A DNA stretch of 64,000 nucleotides from a virus (lineage: Duplodnaviria > Caudoviricetes). Below are positions 28,039 through 36,623 of the stretch, in pieces. The stretch is taken from positions 1,030 to 65,029 of the IMG/VR virus record IMGVR_UViG_3300021389_000018. One strand, given 5' to 3'. Below the pieces are notes generated by a model. The model was given only the letters and a program-made list of their open reading frames with translations. It did not search any database and was not told the DNA's origin. Numbering within the stretch: the stretch's first letter is position 1; the number at the start of each line of letters is the position of its first letter. Position numbers and translations under genes: made by a program.

Positions 28039-29261
28039 TTTATTTTTATAAGTAGTTTAGTTCCTTGTTGTTGTTTTTCAGCTCTAATTGTAAATCCGTG
28101 TTCTTTCAATATGGCAAGACAGATATTTAACCCAAGTCCAGTACCGCCTTCATCTTGATTTTGTTTTCTAGTGTAAGGCTTTGACAATTCTACAAACTCT
28201 TCTTGAGTAATTCCCCTCCCGTTATCTTCAACGCATAGGGTGTAATCATTCTGCATATATATAGATACAAATTTAGTGGAGCTATCGTTGTACTTTAAGC
28301 CATTGCGTATTAGGTTATCAATAGCTGTACAGAACAAGGGTTCATTAACTAATAATGATGGAAGCAGTCCTATTTGAACTTGTTTTATATATGATGTGCT
28401 TTTTAAATAATCGTTTAGTATTTCTGTGATGTTGCACTTTTCTTTGTCTAGCTGTGCATCTTCTTTTACAAGGTTAGTAAACTCTTTAACGCCAGCATAA
28501 ACTTTCTGTGTATGGCGCAGCCCCTCTTCAAGCATTCTTAATGGGGCTTGTATTTTTAGTTTTTTAATATCTTCTTCTGTAATCCTGCGTTTTAAGGAGC
28601 TTAAACCTCTAGGCATATATGTGTTGATGCCGCTATGCATATCGTGTCTTAGGATCTTTGCAGCGTGTTCTAGGTAAGAGTTTTTTTGATTTACTAGAGC
28701 TTCAGTCTCGTGTTGTAGCGTTACATCTGTTGCAATTTTTAGCACCCTAGTGTATTCTCCTTTTCTATTCTTTACTGGAGTGTAATGACCGAACAACCAA
28801 ATCTCACTACCGCTTTTTGACACACGCTCAAACTCACCACTTAACGTTTTACCGCTTTTAAGCTTTTGCCAAAAGTTATGATATTCTAAGCTTTCGCTAT
28901 AATCGGTAGGGACTAGCTTGCTGTGGTGTATACCTTTAGGGTTGTGGTAACCCATAAGATTACAAAACTTTTTATTCGCTGACTTGATAATACCATCCAT
29001 ATCCATAGTAACCACTATGTTAGAGCTGTCAATAGCTTTCATCTGCGTATTGATATTATCTTCTTTTATTTTTGCGGAGCTTATATAGCTGTAGACTACG
29101 TATCCAAATGGTGGCATAAACGCTATTACACAAGCGTACCCGAATTCAGCTAGTAAGTAAGAGGGTTCACAGAATCTAAATACAATACACGTTTGCACCG
29201 CAAAGAATGCAAACATTATTACAGCAGATACAGCTAGACATATTTTTGATATGCGATTCAT
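28035..29261 (-). CDS. membrane PAS-domain sensor histidine kinase
   Basis: Two N-terminal TM helices; PAS/PAC (ANKKFCNLMGY...FWQKLKSG...GEFERVSKSGSEIW); H-box LRHDMHS; N-box NLIRNGLKYN; G1 VEDNGRGI; G2 GGTGLGLNIC. Confidence 0.93.
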   Translation of the reverse strand: MNRISKICLAVSAVIMFAFFAVQTCIVFRFCEPSYLLAEFGYACVIAFMPPFGYVVYSYISSAKIKEDNINTQMKAIDSSNIVVTMDMDGIIKSANKKFCNLMGYHNPKGIHHSKLVPTDYSESLEYHNFWQKLKSGKTLSGEFERVSKSGSEIWLFGHYTPVKNRKGEYTRVLKIATDVTLQHETEALVNQKNSYLEHAAKILRHDMHSGINTYMPRGLSSLKRRITEEDIKKLKIQAPLRMLEEGLRHTQKVYAGVKEFTNLVKEDAQLDKEKCNITEILNDYLKSTSYIKQVQIGLLPSLLVNEPLFCTAIDNLIRNGLKYNDSSTKFVSIYMQNDYTLCVEDNGRGITQEEFVELSKPYTRKQNQDEGGTGLGLNICLAILKEHGFTIRAEKQQQGTKLLIKIK

Positions 29262-29413
29262 TCATTTTTCTTGCGAAGAAAATACCAGCGTTGTGCTGTA
29301 TATCCAATAGATATTATAATTAATAACAGCTTTAGAGCCGTTTCAACTTGAGACATAGAAATGCTAAGAGTTGTAGCGTTTAATAGTAGTACTTTGATAT
29401 CAGTTTCGTTCAT
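29258..29413 (-). CDS. unannotated 51-aa membrane protein, holin-like
   Basis: Translates to MNETDIKVLLLNATTLSISMSQVETALKLLLIIISIGYTAQRWYFLRKKNE; TAATG overlap upstream and ATGA overlap with the kinase start. Confidence 0.75.
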   Translation of the reverse strand: MNETDIKVLLLNATTLSISMSQVETALKLLLIIISIGYTAQRWYFLRKKNE

Positions 29414-29703
29414 TACCACTTAGCTTTATTTGCCCAATAAGCAGCAGACATTTTGCCTTTGGCGATATTCTTACGATGACGTGCTTTGAATGATGCACGT
29501 TTCTTCTTCATACGATCAGACTCACCTGCCTTTGGTTTACCAGCTGTGCTTGCACCTTGCTCTCCAAAGCGTATAGTCTTAATCTTGTCACCTACCTTAG
29601 CCACTACAATGTGTGACTTCTTAGGGTGATTGGGAGTACGCTTAGGTTTATTGAACCCGCTTACTCCTGCTCTTGCTAAACGTGAATCTTTCTTCGCTTT
29701 CAT
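29413..29703 (-). CDS. highly basic small protein (core/DNA-binding candidate)
   Basis: GFNKPKRTPNHPKKSH...RFGEQGA...SFKARH...SAAYWANKAKW; start moved to ATG 29703 because the -7 box occupies 29709-29716. Confidence 0.75.
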   Translation of the reverse strand: MKAKKDSRLARAGVSGFNKPKRTPNHPKKSHIVVAKVGDKIKTIRFGEQGASTAGKPKAGESDRMKKKRASFKARHRKNIAKGKMSAAYWANKAKW

Positions 29704-29708
29704 AGACA

Positions 29709-29749
29709 CAAAGATAAATAAAAAAGGGGCTACATTTCTGTAACCCCTT
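29709..29749 (-). promoter_or_regulatory. intrinsic terminator (GAAA loop) plus -7 box TATCTTTG driving the basic-protein/holin/kinase operon
   Basis: Minus strand reads GGGGTTACA-GAAA-TGTAGCCCC-TTTTTT-ATT-TATCTTTG. Confidence 0.7.
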
Positions 29750-29775
29750 AGTATTCAGTATAGTGTAAGCGAGTC

Positions 29776-30033
29776 CTACTCTTCTACTGTTTCAGCTTCT
29801 TCAACAACCTCTTCGTACTCACCTGTGGTAAGGTCTACAGAGATTGACCCGTATTTGTCTTCAAGTTCTTTCTGAGAAGTAGCCATAGCTTCTTCCATAG
29901 AGTTTACTTGGAGTTGAGCTTTGAAAGCTTGGTTAGTTGCATCACCAAGGATTGTCTTCGCTTGGTTTAGATTAGATACAGCAGTCTGGATAGACTTTAG
30001 TTCCTCTTCTGTGAGTTTAGCCTTGTCAGCCAT
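29776..30033 (-). CDS. small coiled-coil protein, possible tail-fibre assembly chaperone
   Basis: LTEEELKSIQ...LEDKYGSISVDLTTGEY; downstream of fibre genes; own TATCTTTG box at 30067-30074. Confidence 0.55.
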   Translation of the reverse strand: MADKAKLTEEELKSIQTAVSNLNQAKTILGDATNQAFKAQLQVNSMEEAMATSQKELEDKYGSISVDLTTGEYEEVVEEAETVEE

Positions 30034-30084
30034 AATGTTTAAATATTTAAGTTAATTAACGTATTGCAAAGATAATACAATTAT

Positions 30085-30450
30085 CTATTCTTCTGACTCT
30101 TCGGCAGCTTCTGGTTCTGCAATTGTCAATGTTACAGATGATGGGGTTACAAGCTCGGCAATTTGACTGTCTAAGCTCGCTTCCATTTCAGTAACACGCT
30201 CTGCTGTTAATGCTGCTTTAGTCCAAGCAATCATATTTTCGTGAGTTACCGCATCAAAAGCTGTAAAGCCAGACAGGTCAGAAACCTCTAAAGTTTGCGT
30301 ACCGATAGAGGTAGCACTGTGTGTTCCGTCTGTTCCTGTTACACGGTAGTGTACATTGTAGACAACTTGAGATTCGGTTACTCCGCTCTCATCTGTGTGT
30401 GTTGGATACGCATCTACTGTGCGACAATTCCAAGAATAAGTGTTAGCCAT
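30085..30450 (-). CDS. tail-fibre-associated conserved small protein
   Basis: YSWNCRTVDAYP...VVYNVHYRVTG...FTAFD...MIAWTKAAL pattern; own TATCTTTG box at 30477-30484. Confidence 0.6.
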   Translation of the reverse strand: MANTYSWNCRTVDAYPTHTDESGVTESQVVYNVHYRVTGTDGTHSATSIGTQTLEVSDLSGFTAFDAVTHENMIAWTKAALTAERVTEMEASLDSQIAELVTPSSVTLTIAEPEAAEESEE

Positions 30451-30490
30451 TTTAAATATTTTTTGTTATAACGTTACAAAGATAATTAAT

Positions 30491-30979
30491 TTAATCACAA
30501 GCTGATACGCTCTCTATTACGCATTCGTTGCTATTCCCTTCAAGAAGATAAATGGCGTAAGGTACATTACCGCCTGGGACATCTTCATACTTGTACCAAA
30601 CCCCAAAACCGTCCGCTGGAACTAAATTTGTAGATAGTCCTGAGTTTGTAAAAATATAATCTCCAGCAGCAGGAGTTGAAGAAGAGCCGTTCTTGTAAAC
30701 AGTTGTCTCTACCTCTAAACCTCCACAAGCTTCGTTTGAATTAGAACTTGACCTTCCTGAAATTGTTCCTTCGTATCCAGACGCTGAACTATGGTCATAG
30801 CTGTACCACTCGCTCATAGAGGCAGGCTGTGCATTGTTAGGATAAGAAGCGGAGGCGGTATTTATGGTGGCGTATACCCCAGACTCAGCATCATCAAGAG
30901 ATATGGTAGCGGTACTGGACCGCCCCAACTCTGTATTGATTTCACTCATCTTAATAGTTCCACTACTTTGTAAAGCCAT
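30491..30979 (-). CDS. tail-fibre tip/adhesin-like protein
   Basis: MALQSSGTIKMSEINTELG...ASMSEWYSY N-terminus of the kind found on proteins following S74-chaperone fibres. Confidence 0.6.
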   Translation of the reverse strand: MALQSSGTIKMSEINTELGRSSTATISLDDAESGVYATINTASASYPNNAQPASMSEWYSYDHSSASGYEGTISGRSSSNSNEACGGLEVETTVYKNGSSSTPAAGDYIFTNSGLSTNLVPADGFGVWYKYEDVPGGNVPYAIYLLEGNSNECVIESVSACD

Positions 30980-33900
30980 TGATGATTTCTTTTAGTTCGT
31001 CAATTTGTTTTTGCTGTTCCTTTACAGCTTCAATAAGTACAGCTGTTAGTCTAGCGTAGTTTACTGTCTTGTAGTCTTCACCGGTTCTGCTTGTTGCCTT
31101 ACCTTCTTCATCGCTACCGATATCAAACGGTGCTAGGTGTACTAGCTGTGGGAATACAGCTTCTACATCTTGAGCGATAACCCCTACGTCATTCGTCTTT
31201 GTTGATGGCTCAAAGCCAAGCTCCTGAGACTTCTCGTTCCAATCAAAGGTTACCCCCTTGAGTTGCTTGATCTTGTCTACAGCGTTCTCTATAGGCTTGA
31301 TATTTTCCTTGAGGCGCTCATCAGAGGAGTAAGCAACAACATCGCCTGTTGCACTAAGCTGTCCTGTCACCTTAACTCCACCTGTAGAGTCAGCCTCTAA
31401 TACTGTAGAGCCATTGTAGTGAATCTCAACCCCGCCAGCACCATCGTACAATGCAATACCGTTAGACTGCTGCGTGTTGTAGATAGCGTAATCACCAGTG
31501 CCGATGTTTTTAATCTGTATAGAATCAGAGTCACCTACAAATTCTGCTATTACAGCTGCGGTGCTACTATTAGGGTTTTTAACGTATAGTGCAGGATTGT
31601 TTGTATTTAAGTCATCATTATCTACAGTTAGCTTGTATCCAGGACTAGTAGTCCCGATACCTACGTTTCCAGCAGAGGTAATGACCATCTTGTCGGTGTT
31701 ATTGGTTCTAAATAATAACGAGCCAGCGCTTTGATTAGACAAATATGCACTTCCTCCAGAAAACTGAAGAAAACCAACATTAGTTCCGTTTTGAACAAAT
31801 CTTACATATGGGTTTGCGTCAGCCTCAACCTTTATTACCTCACTTGTGGTTCCACCTTCAATATGTAGAGGAGCGGTTGGGGTAGTCGTTCCAATACCTA
31901 AGTTACCACTACCGTCAAGAGTCATAACCTGACTTAGCGTTGCAGCAGAGTCTACAGCTGCTGTTTGGTAAGCACCTGTCCACCATTGATGTGTAGAGCC
32001 GTGCTGTACGTATGCTGACCTCTCTAAGTTCGTTAGAGCTGAAGAGCTTAGGAATGCACCTGCTGCTGTTGTAGATGGCTTGACACCGTATCCAATAACA
32101 GCACCACCAGCAGAATAACCACCACCGATAGTAATGATGTTCCCGTTGCTGTACTTTCCTACAAGAATTAGAGATCCTGAAGTACTGTTAGCTGTACCTG
32201 CGGAGATAGCTCCCTCAACCTCTAGCTTATATCCTGGACTAGTAGTACCGATACCTACGTTTCCGCCACCATCAAAGAACATTTCTGTTCTGTTATCAGT
32301 GAAGTTCTGTATTTGAAGACCTGTCCCGGCAGATTGCATAAAACCATAGTCATCGTATCCAGACCTAGACATTTTAATAGGAGTGCCGCCAGAGGTGATG
32401 TGCAGGTTAGCTGTAGGGCTAGCTGTGCCTATACTAATGTTTCCGCCAAAGTAACCACCGCCACTAGACATAGTGGTGAATTCATTTCTATTGCTATCGC
32501 TAATGTACAATACAGAGCTGCCTGTAGTTCCTGAAGGCTCTGTAGCTGTAGCTGACGCAGCGACATTCGTTGATGATTCAACAATAACGTTTGAACGATA
32601 TACAAAAGATCCGCTTCCAGAAGCAATACCAGCAAGCTTAACCCATACATCCTGTACAGCTCCACTTGAGTTGATTACTTTTATCCCCAACACCTTACTT
32701 GTATTGTACTTGCTTCCTGGGAGTCGGTATATATGCGTCTGCATACCATAGCTAGAATGAGAGATCAAGTACTCGTCATACATATTGGTGTTGTCTCCAC
32801 CGTGGTTTAGCCATAGGCGAATACGTCTAGGTCCGCCATTGTATGAAATTACTTTAACCCACTCATCACTAGAGCTTGTACCAGCATCTCTAGTCCAAGT
32901 TCCTGTACGTGCTAATGGAGCTATGTATTCAGTACCCGATATCTGGTTTATCTCACCTATATAGAATCCTGTAGCGTTTATATTTCCATTAACATCAAGA
33001 TTGTAAGATGGACTATTAGTCCCGATACCAACGTTGCCAGAACCAGTGGTTAGTGCGTAGTTAGTTCCAGCACCCGAAGCATAAAAGTGTCCACCAACGT
33101 TAGTACCTCCTGTACGAGTTCCAGTTGATATACCAATAATGCCATAGTTTGTTCCAGTGCCAGAGGTAGCATATCCGTTACCTAAAATTGCAGTACCGCT
33201 ATCATTATATCCATAACCTGCGATAGCGTTACTACCAGCTATACTACCGTCACTCCTTACATCAAGTCTTTTACCAGCTTGTGGAGCAGTAGTTCCGATA
33301 CCAACGTTGCCTGCGCTAGTGATGCGCATTCTTTCAGAACCATCGGTTCTAAAGGTTACATTACCATACGCAGAAGAGCCATTAGCATTTAGTTTAAGGT
33401 CATACCCACCACCGCTGCGTAGCTCTAATTCGTAATCATTCTCTAGAATAGTTACATTTGCAGTTGATTGATTTACTTTAAAGTTTCTACCTGTAGCTGT
33501 GTATATGTTTAGCTTTTCAGCTGGACTCGTAGTCCCAATACCTACGTCACTTCCAAAGTATGTTCCTGTAGCACCTATATATGCGTAAGTTTCATCTAGT
33601 GGAGCTGTGCTGCTATCAATTGCTGTAGACCTGTTACCGTGTCTACCAAAGAATGTTCTCCCTCCACTGCCATCTCCTATTAAAACAGTACCATTAGTTC
33701 CAGCCTGATTACCACTTGACTTCACCAATAAGTAATCCCCAGTCCCCGATGTCCAAGCATTGTATAATACATAATGGTTTTCATTACCTGTCCAACCACT
33801 TTGATAAATACTTAGCAACTGATTGTTATCGGTGGTGAAATGACTTGATGAAAATACACCTCCAGCTACATCCAGCGTGTAAGCTGGACTAGTAGTTCCG

Positions 33901-36623
33901 ATACCTACGTTGCCGTCAGACTTTCTAATAGTAAGTACGTCTGACGAAGTTCCGTAAGAGTATATTGCTAAAGCGTCTGTTGTTGAACGATATCTGATTT
34001 GCATATCGTTAACATCGCTAGTATTAAAGTCTAGTCCTGGATCTCCCCCAGATATAGCATTTAATCTAATCACACCCTGACCTCTTAATTCAAGCTGTCT
34101 GCTTGGACTCGTAGTACCAATTCCAACGTTTCCGCTAGAATCAATGACCATTCTTACAGCATCAGCTGTAGCAAAGCCCATACCCCCGTTAGAGTTAACC
34201 TCTTTGATACCTAGCTTCTGTGTATCGTCACTACGTCTCTTTTGGATTAACCAATCGTTATAGTTGTTATGCGTAACACGAATAGGGATTTGACTAGTGT
34301 GGTCTGTAGTGATATCTAACTTAGCCCCAGGACTAGTTGTCCCGATACCAACTCTAGGAGTCCCACTATTACCTTGAACAGTAAGACCAGTTTGAATGCC
34401 CCCAGAAGTAGATTTAACATTAAAATCTAAAGAACTACGGACTCCGCTTAGTGAGTTAGCGTACATATCAATGCTACCATAACTAATTGGTGAGCCTTGA
34501 TAGTCTGCATTAAACTGTATTGTTCCAATAGCTGTCCCTGCTGATAAATTTGTACCGCCTCTAGATATTGTTAAAACACTTTCGGCATCTTCATAGTTAA
34601 CGTGTAACTTAGAAGAAGGACTAGTCGTTCCAATACCAACGTTGCCATCGCTTTTAATATAGAAAGGCGTTGTGCTACCCTGTCTTATTCTATAAGCGTT
34701 ACTTGCTGTTAAATCTAAAGATGTTAAAGCTGTTGTTTGTCCAAAAGTGAAGTTACCAGAATTATTACCGAATCTAGCTATATCAGATACGGCTGCTGAA
34801 TTTACATCTAATTTCCTTATTGGACCAGTAGTCCCGATACCTACGTTGCCTGAGGTATCTATACGAACTTTCTCAGTACCGCTAGTATACAAGCCCATAT
34901 ATGCTGCCCCACCGTCAATACCCATTTGTCTAACAGTACCATAAGATCTAGCCCAAACGCCAAACTCTGCATTAATATGCTTGCCCTGAACCTTTAAGTC
35001 GTTTACTGCAAAGTCAATAATCTCACTGTTACTGTCTACAATGTAACCCGATAGTTTTATGTTGCCAGCTACTTCTAGCTTTGAGGCAGGACTAGTAGTC
35101 CCAATACCAACGTTGCCTGAACCATCAATACGCATAGCCTCTCCAGAATCATCTCTGAATATCAGCTCATCCATATTGGTAGCTCCTATAATGATGTTAT
35201 CTGTTGAGGTGTCCAGCATAATGGCGGATACAGGAGTACCATCATTACGTCTCATATAGAGTGTTGGGTCAGAAGTATCGTTAATAATTACACTTCCAGC
35301 AACATCTAGCTTTTGAGATGGACTAGCAGTCCCAATACCAACGTTGCCTCCATATCTTTGCAACGATAAAGGTATTACATTCACACCTCTTTCTACAGCT
35401 TGTATGAACGCAATACTGTTAGCTGTATCTACCCCAATGTTTAACATATCCCCAGTTGCTCCAGAAGCTGCTTTAACAACTAGTTGACCAAAAGTATCTA
35501 CAGAAGAAAATGTAATTGCACCATTTACTTCAAGCTTAGCATTAGGACTTGTAGTACCAATACCTACGTTACCTGTATTATTTACGTTAAGTCTCCAGGC
35601 TGAATTGCCCCTATCATATAAACCAAAATTATTTGCAGCATTGTCTAAATACCATTCGTATTTACTAACACCTGATTTTGCAAAAATCAATGAAACATCA
35701 GTTGAGTTATCTATTGACGCATTACCTCCAAAAATGTGTAACTTTTGTGCTGGACTCGTAGTCCCAATACCAACGTTGCCACCTGATTTAATATAAATAC
35801 CTTTAGCTGTTGTAGCGGTTATAGAAGATAGGGCTTCCGTTACAATTGCAATGTTTTGTTCTGCGTTCCAAGCACCTATTTGTATTAAATCTACAGAACC
35901 TCCATATGCAAATAAACTAGCGCTATTTTGACCTGCATTTACCCAGCGTTGTATTTCTTGCCTAGTCCCATTACTTGATGTTGGTATTTCTAAGTGTAAT
36001 TTTGAAGCTGGACCCGTAGTCCCAATACCAATGTTGCCACCTGAAGTGATAGCCATTTTAACACTAGAGTTCATCAAGAACCGAAGTGTATTCTTAGAGG
36101 TATTTATGTATGCGTAATTATCAGCGTTATTAGATACGCCTATATTTATGTACTTACCATCTTGAGATTGAGCTTGCCACCAAGCTTGATATGCGGTGTT
36201 TGTCTGAGATATCTTACCAACAAGATTAGAAGCCGATCCGCTAGATATTTCAAACTTTTCTGTTGGACTAGTCGTCCCGATACCTACGTTTCCCGTACCG
36301 GTAATCCTCATATACTCAGTAGCTGAATCATTACCAGTAAATAAGATTGCTGAACCGCTAGAAGAGTGTTGGCTATCAATTACTAAATAATTATTAGTAG
36401 AGTCCCACTTAATAGTAGCAGAGCTGTTATGCCAATCTCCAATAGTTATTGCAGGATTTGAAGACTCTCCTCCGTTTATTAATATACCATAGTATTGAGA
36501 TGTACTTGCGTTAACAGAAAAATCTCCTACAACGTGAAGTTTTCTTAATGGATCGGATGCACCGATACCCATTTTACCATCCTTTACGTATACCTGGTCG
36601 TTATGATTGAACGTGATTGCCAT
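30963..36623 (-). CDS. long tail fibre with about 19 NVGIGTTSP repeats and C-terminal intramolecular chaperone (peptidase S74)
   Basis: Repeats visible in the translation; AYSSDERLKENIKPI...GVTFDW...GVIAQDVEAVFP...VNYARLTAVLIEAVKEQ. Confidence 0.9.
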   Translation of the reverse strand: MAITFNHNDQVYVKDGKMGIGASDPLRKLHVVGDFSVNASTSQYYGILINGGESSNPAITIGDWHNSSATIKWDSTNNYLVIDSQHSSSGSAILFTGNDSATEYMRITGTGNVGIGTTSPTEKFEISSGSASNLVGKISQTNTAYQAWWQAQSQDGKYINIGVSNNADNYAYINTSKNTLRFLMNSSVKMAITSGGNIGIGTTGPASKLHLEIPTSSNGTRQEIQRWVNAGQNSASLFAYGGSVDLIQIGAWNAEQNIAIVTEALSSITATTAKGIYIKSGGNVGIGTTSPAQKLHIFGGNASIDNSTDVSLIFAKSGVSKYEWYLDNAANNFGLYDRGNSAWRLNVNNTGNVGIGTTSPNAKLEVNGAITFSSVDTFGQLVVKAASGATGDMLNIGVDTANSIAFIQAVERGVNVIPLSLQRYGGNVGIGTASPSQKLDVAGSVIINDTSDPTLYMRRNDGTPVSAIMLDTSTDNIIIGATNMDELIFRDDSGEAMRIDGSGNVGIGTTSPASKLEVAGNIKLSGYIVDSNSEIIDFAVNDLKVQGKHINAEFGVWARSYGTVRQMGIDGGAAYMGLYTSGTEKVRIDTSGNVGIGTTGPIRKLDVNSAAVSDIARFGNNSGNFTFGQTTALTSLDLTASNAYRIRQGSTTPFYIKSDGNVGIGTTSPSSKLHVNYEDAESVLTISRGGTNLSAGTAIGTIQFNADYQGSPISYGSIDMYANSLSGVRSSLDFNVKSTSGGIQTGLTVQGNSGTPRVGIGTTSPGAKLDITTDHTSQIPIRVTHNNYNDWLIQKRRSDDTQKLGIKEVNSNGGMGFATADAVRMVIDSSGNVGIGTTSPSRQLELRGQGVIRLNAISGGDPGLDFNTSDVNDMQIRYRSTTDALAIYSYGTSSDVLTIRKSDGNVGIGTTSPAYTLDVAGGVFSSSHFTTDNNQLLSIYQSGWTGNENHYVLYNAWTSGTGDYLLVKSSGNQAGTNGTVLIGDGSGGRTFFGRHGNRSTAIDSSTAPLDETYAYIGATGTYFGSDVGIGTTSPAEKLNIYTATGRNFKVNQSTANVTILENDYELELRSGGGYDLKLNANGSSAYGNVTFRTDGSERMRITSAGNVGIGTTAPQAGKRLDVRSDGSIAGSNAIAGYGYNDSGTAILGNGYATSGTGTNYGIIGISTGTRTGGTNVGGHFYASGAGTNYALTTGSGNVGIGTNSPSYNLDVNGNINATGFYIGEINQISGTEYIAPLARTGTWTRDAGTSSSDEWVKVISYNGGPRRIRLWLNHGGDNTNMYDEYLISHSSYGMQTHIYRLPGSKYNTSKVLGIKVINSSGAVQDVWVKLAGIASGSGSFVYRSNVIVESSTNVAASATATEPSGTTGSSVLYISDSNRNEFTTMSSGGGYFGGNISIGTASPTANLHITSGGTPIKMSRSGYDDYGFMQSAGTGLQIQNFTDNRTEMFFDGGGNVGIGTTSPGYKLEVEGAISAGTANSTSGSLILVGKYSNGNIITIGGGYSAGGAVIGYGVKPSTTAAGAFLSSSALTNLERSAYVQHGSTHQWWTGAYQTAAVDSAATLSQVMTLDGSGNLGIGTTTPTAPLHIEGGTTSEVIKVEADANPYVRFVQNGTNVGFLQFSGGSAYLSNQSAGSLLFRTNNTDKMVITSAGNVGIGTTSPGYKLTVDNDDLNTNNPALYVKNPNSSTAAVIAEFVGDSDSIQIKNIGTGDYAIYNTQQSNGIALYDGAGGVEIHYNGSTVLEADSTGGVKVTGQLSATGDVVAYSSDERLKENIKPIENAVDKIKQLKGVTFDWNEKSQELGFEPSTKTNDVGVIAQDVEAVFPQLVHLAPFDIGSDEEGKATSRTGEDYKTVNYARLTAVLIEAVKEQQKQIDELKEIINGFTK

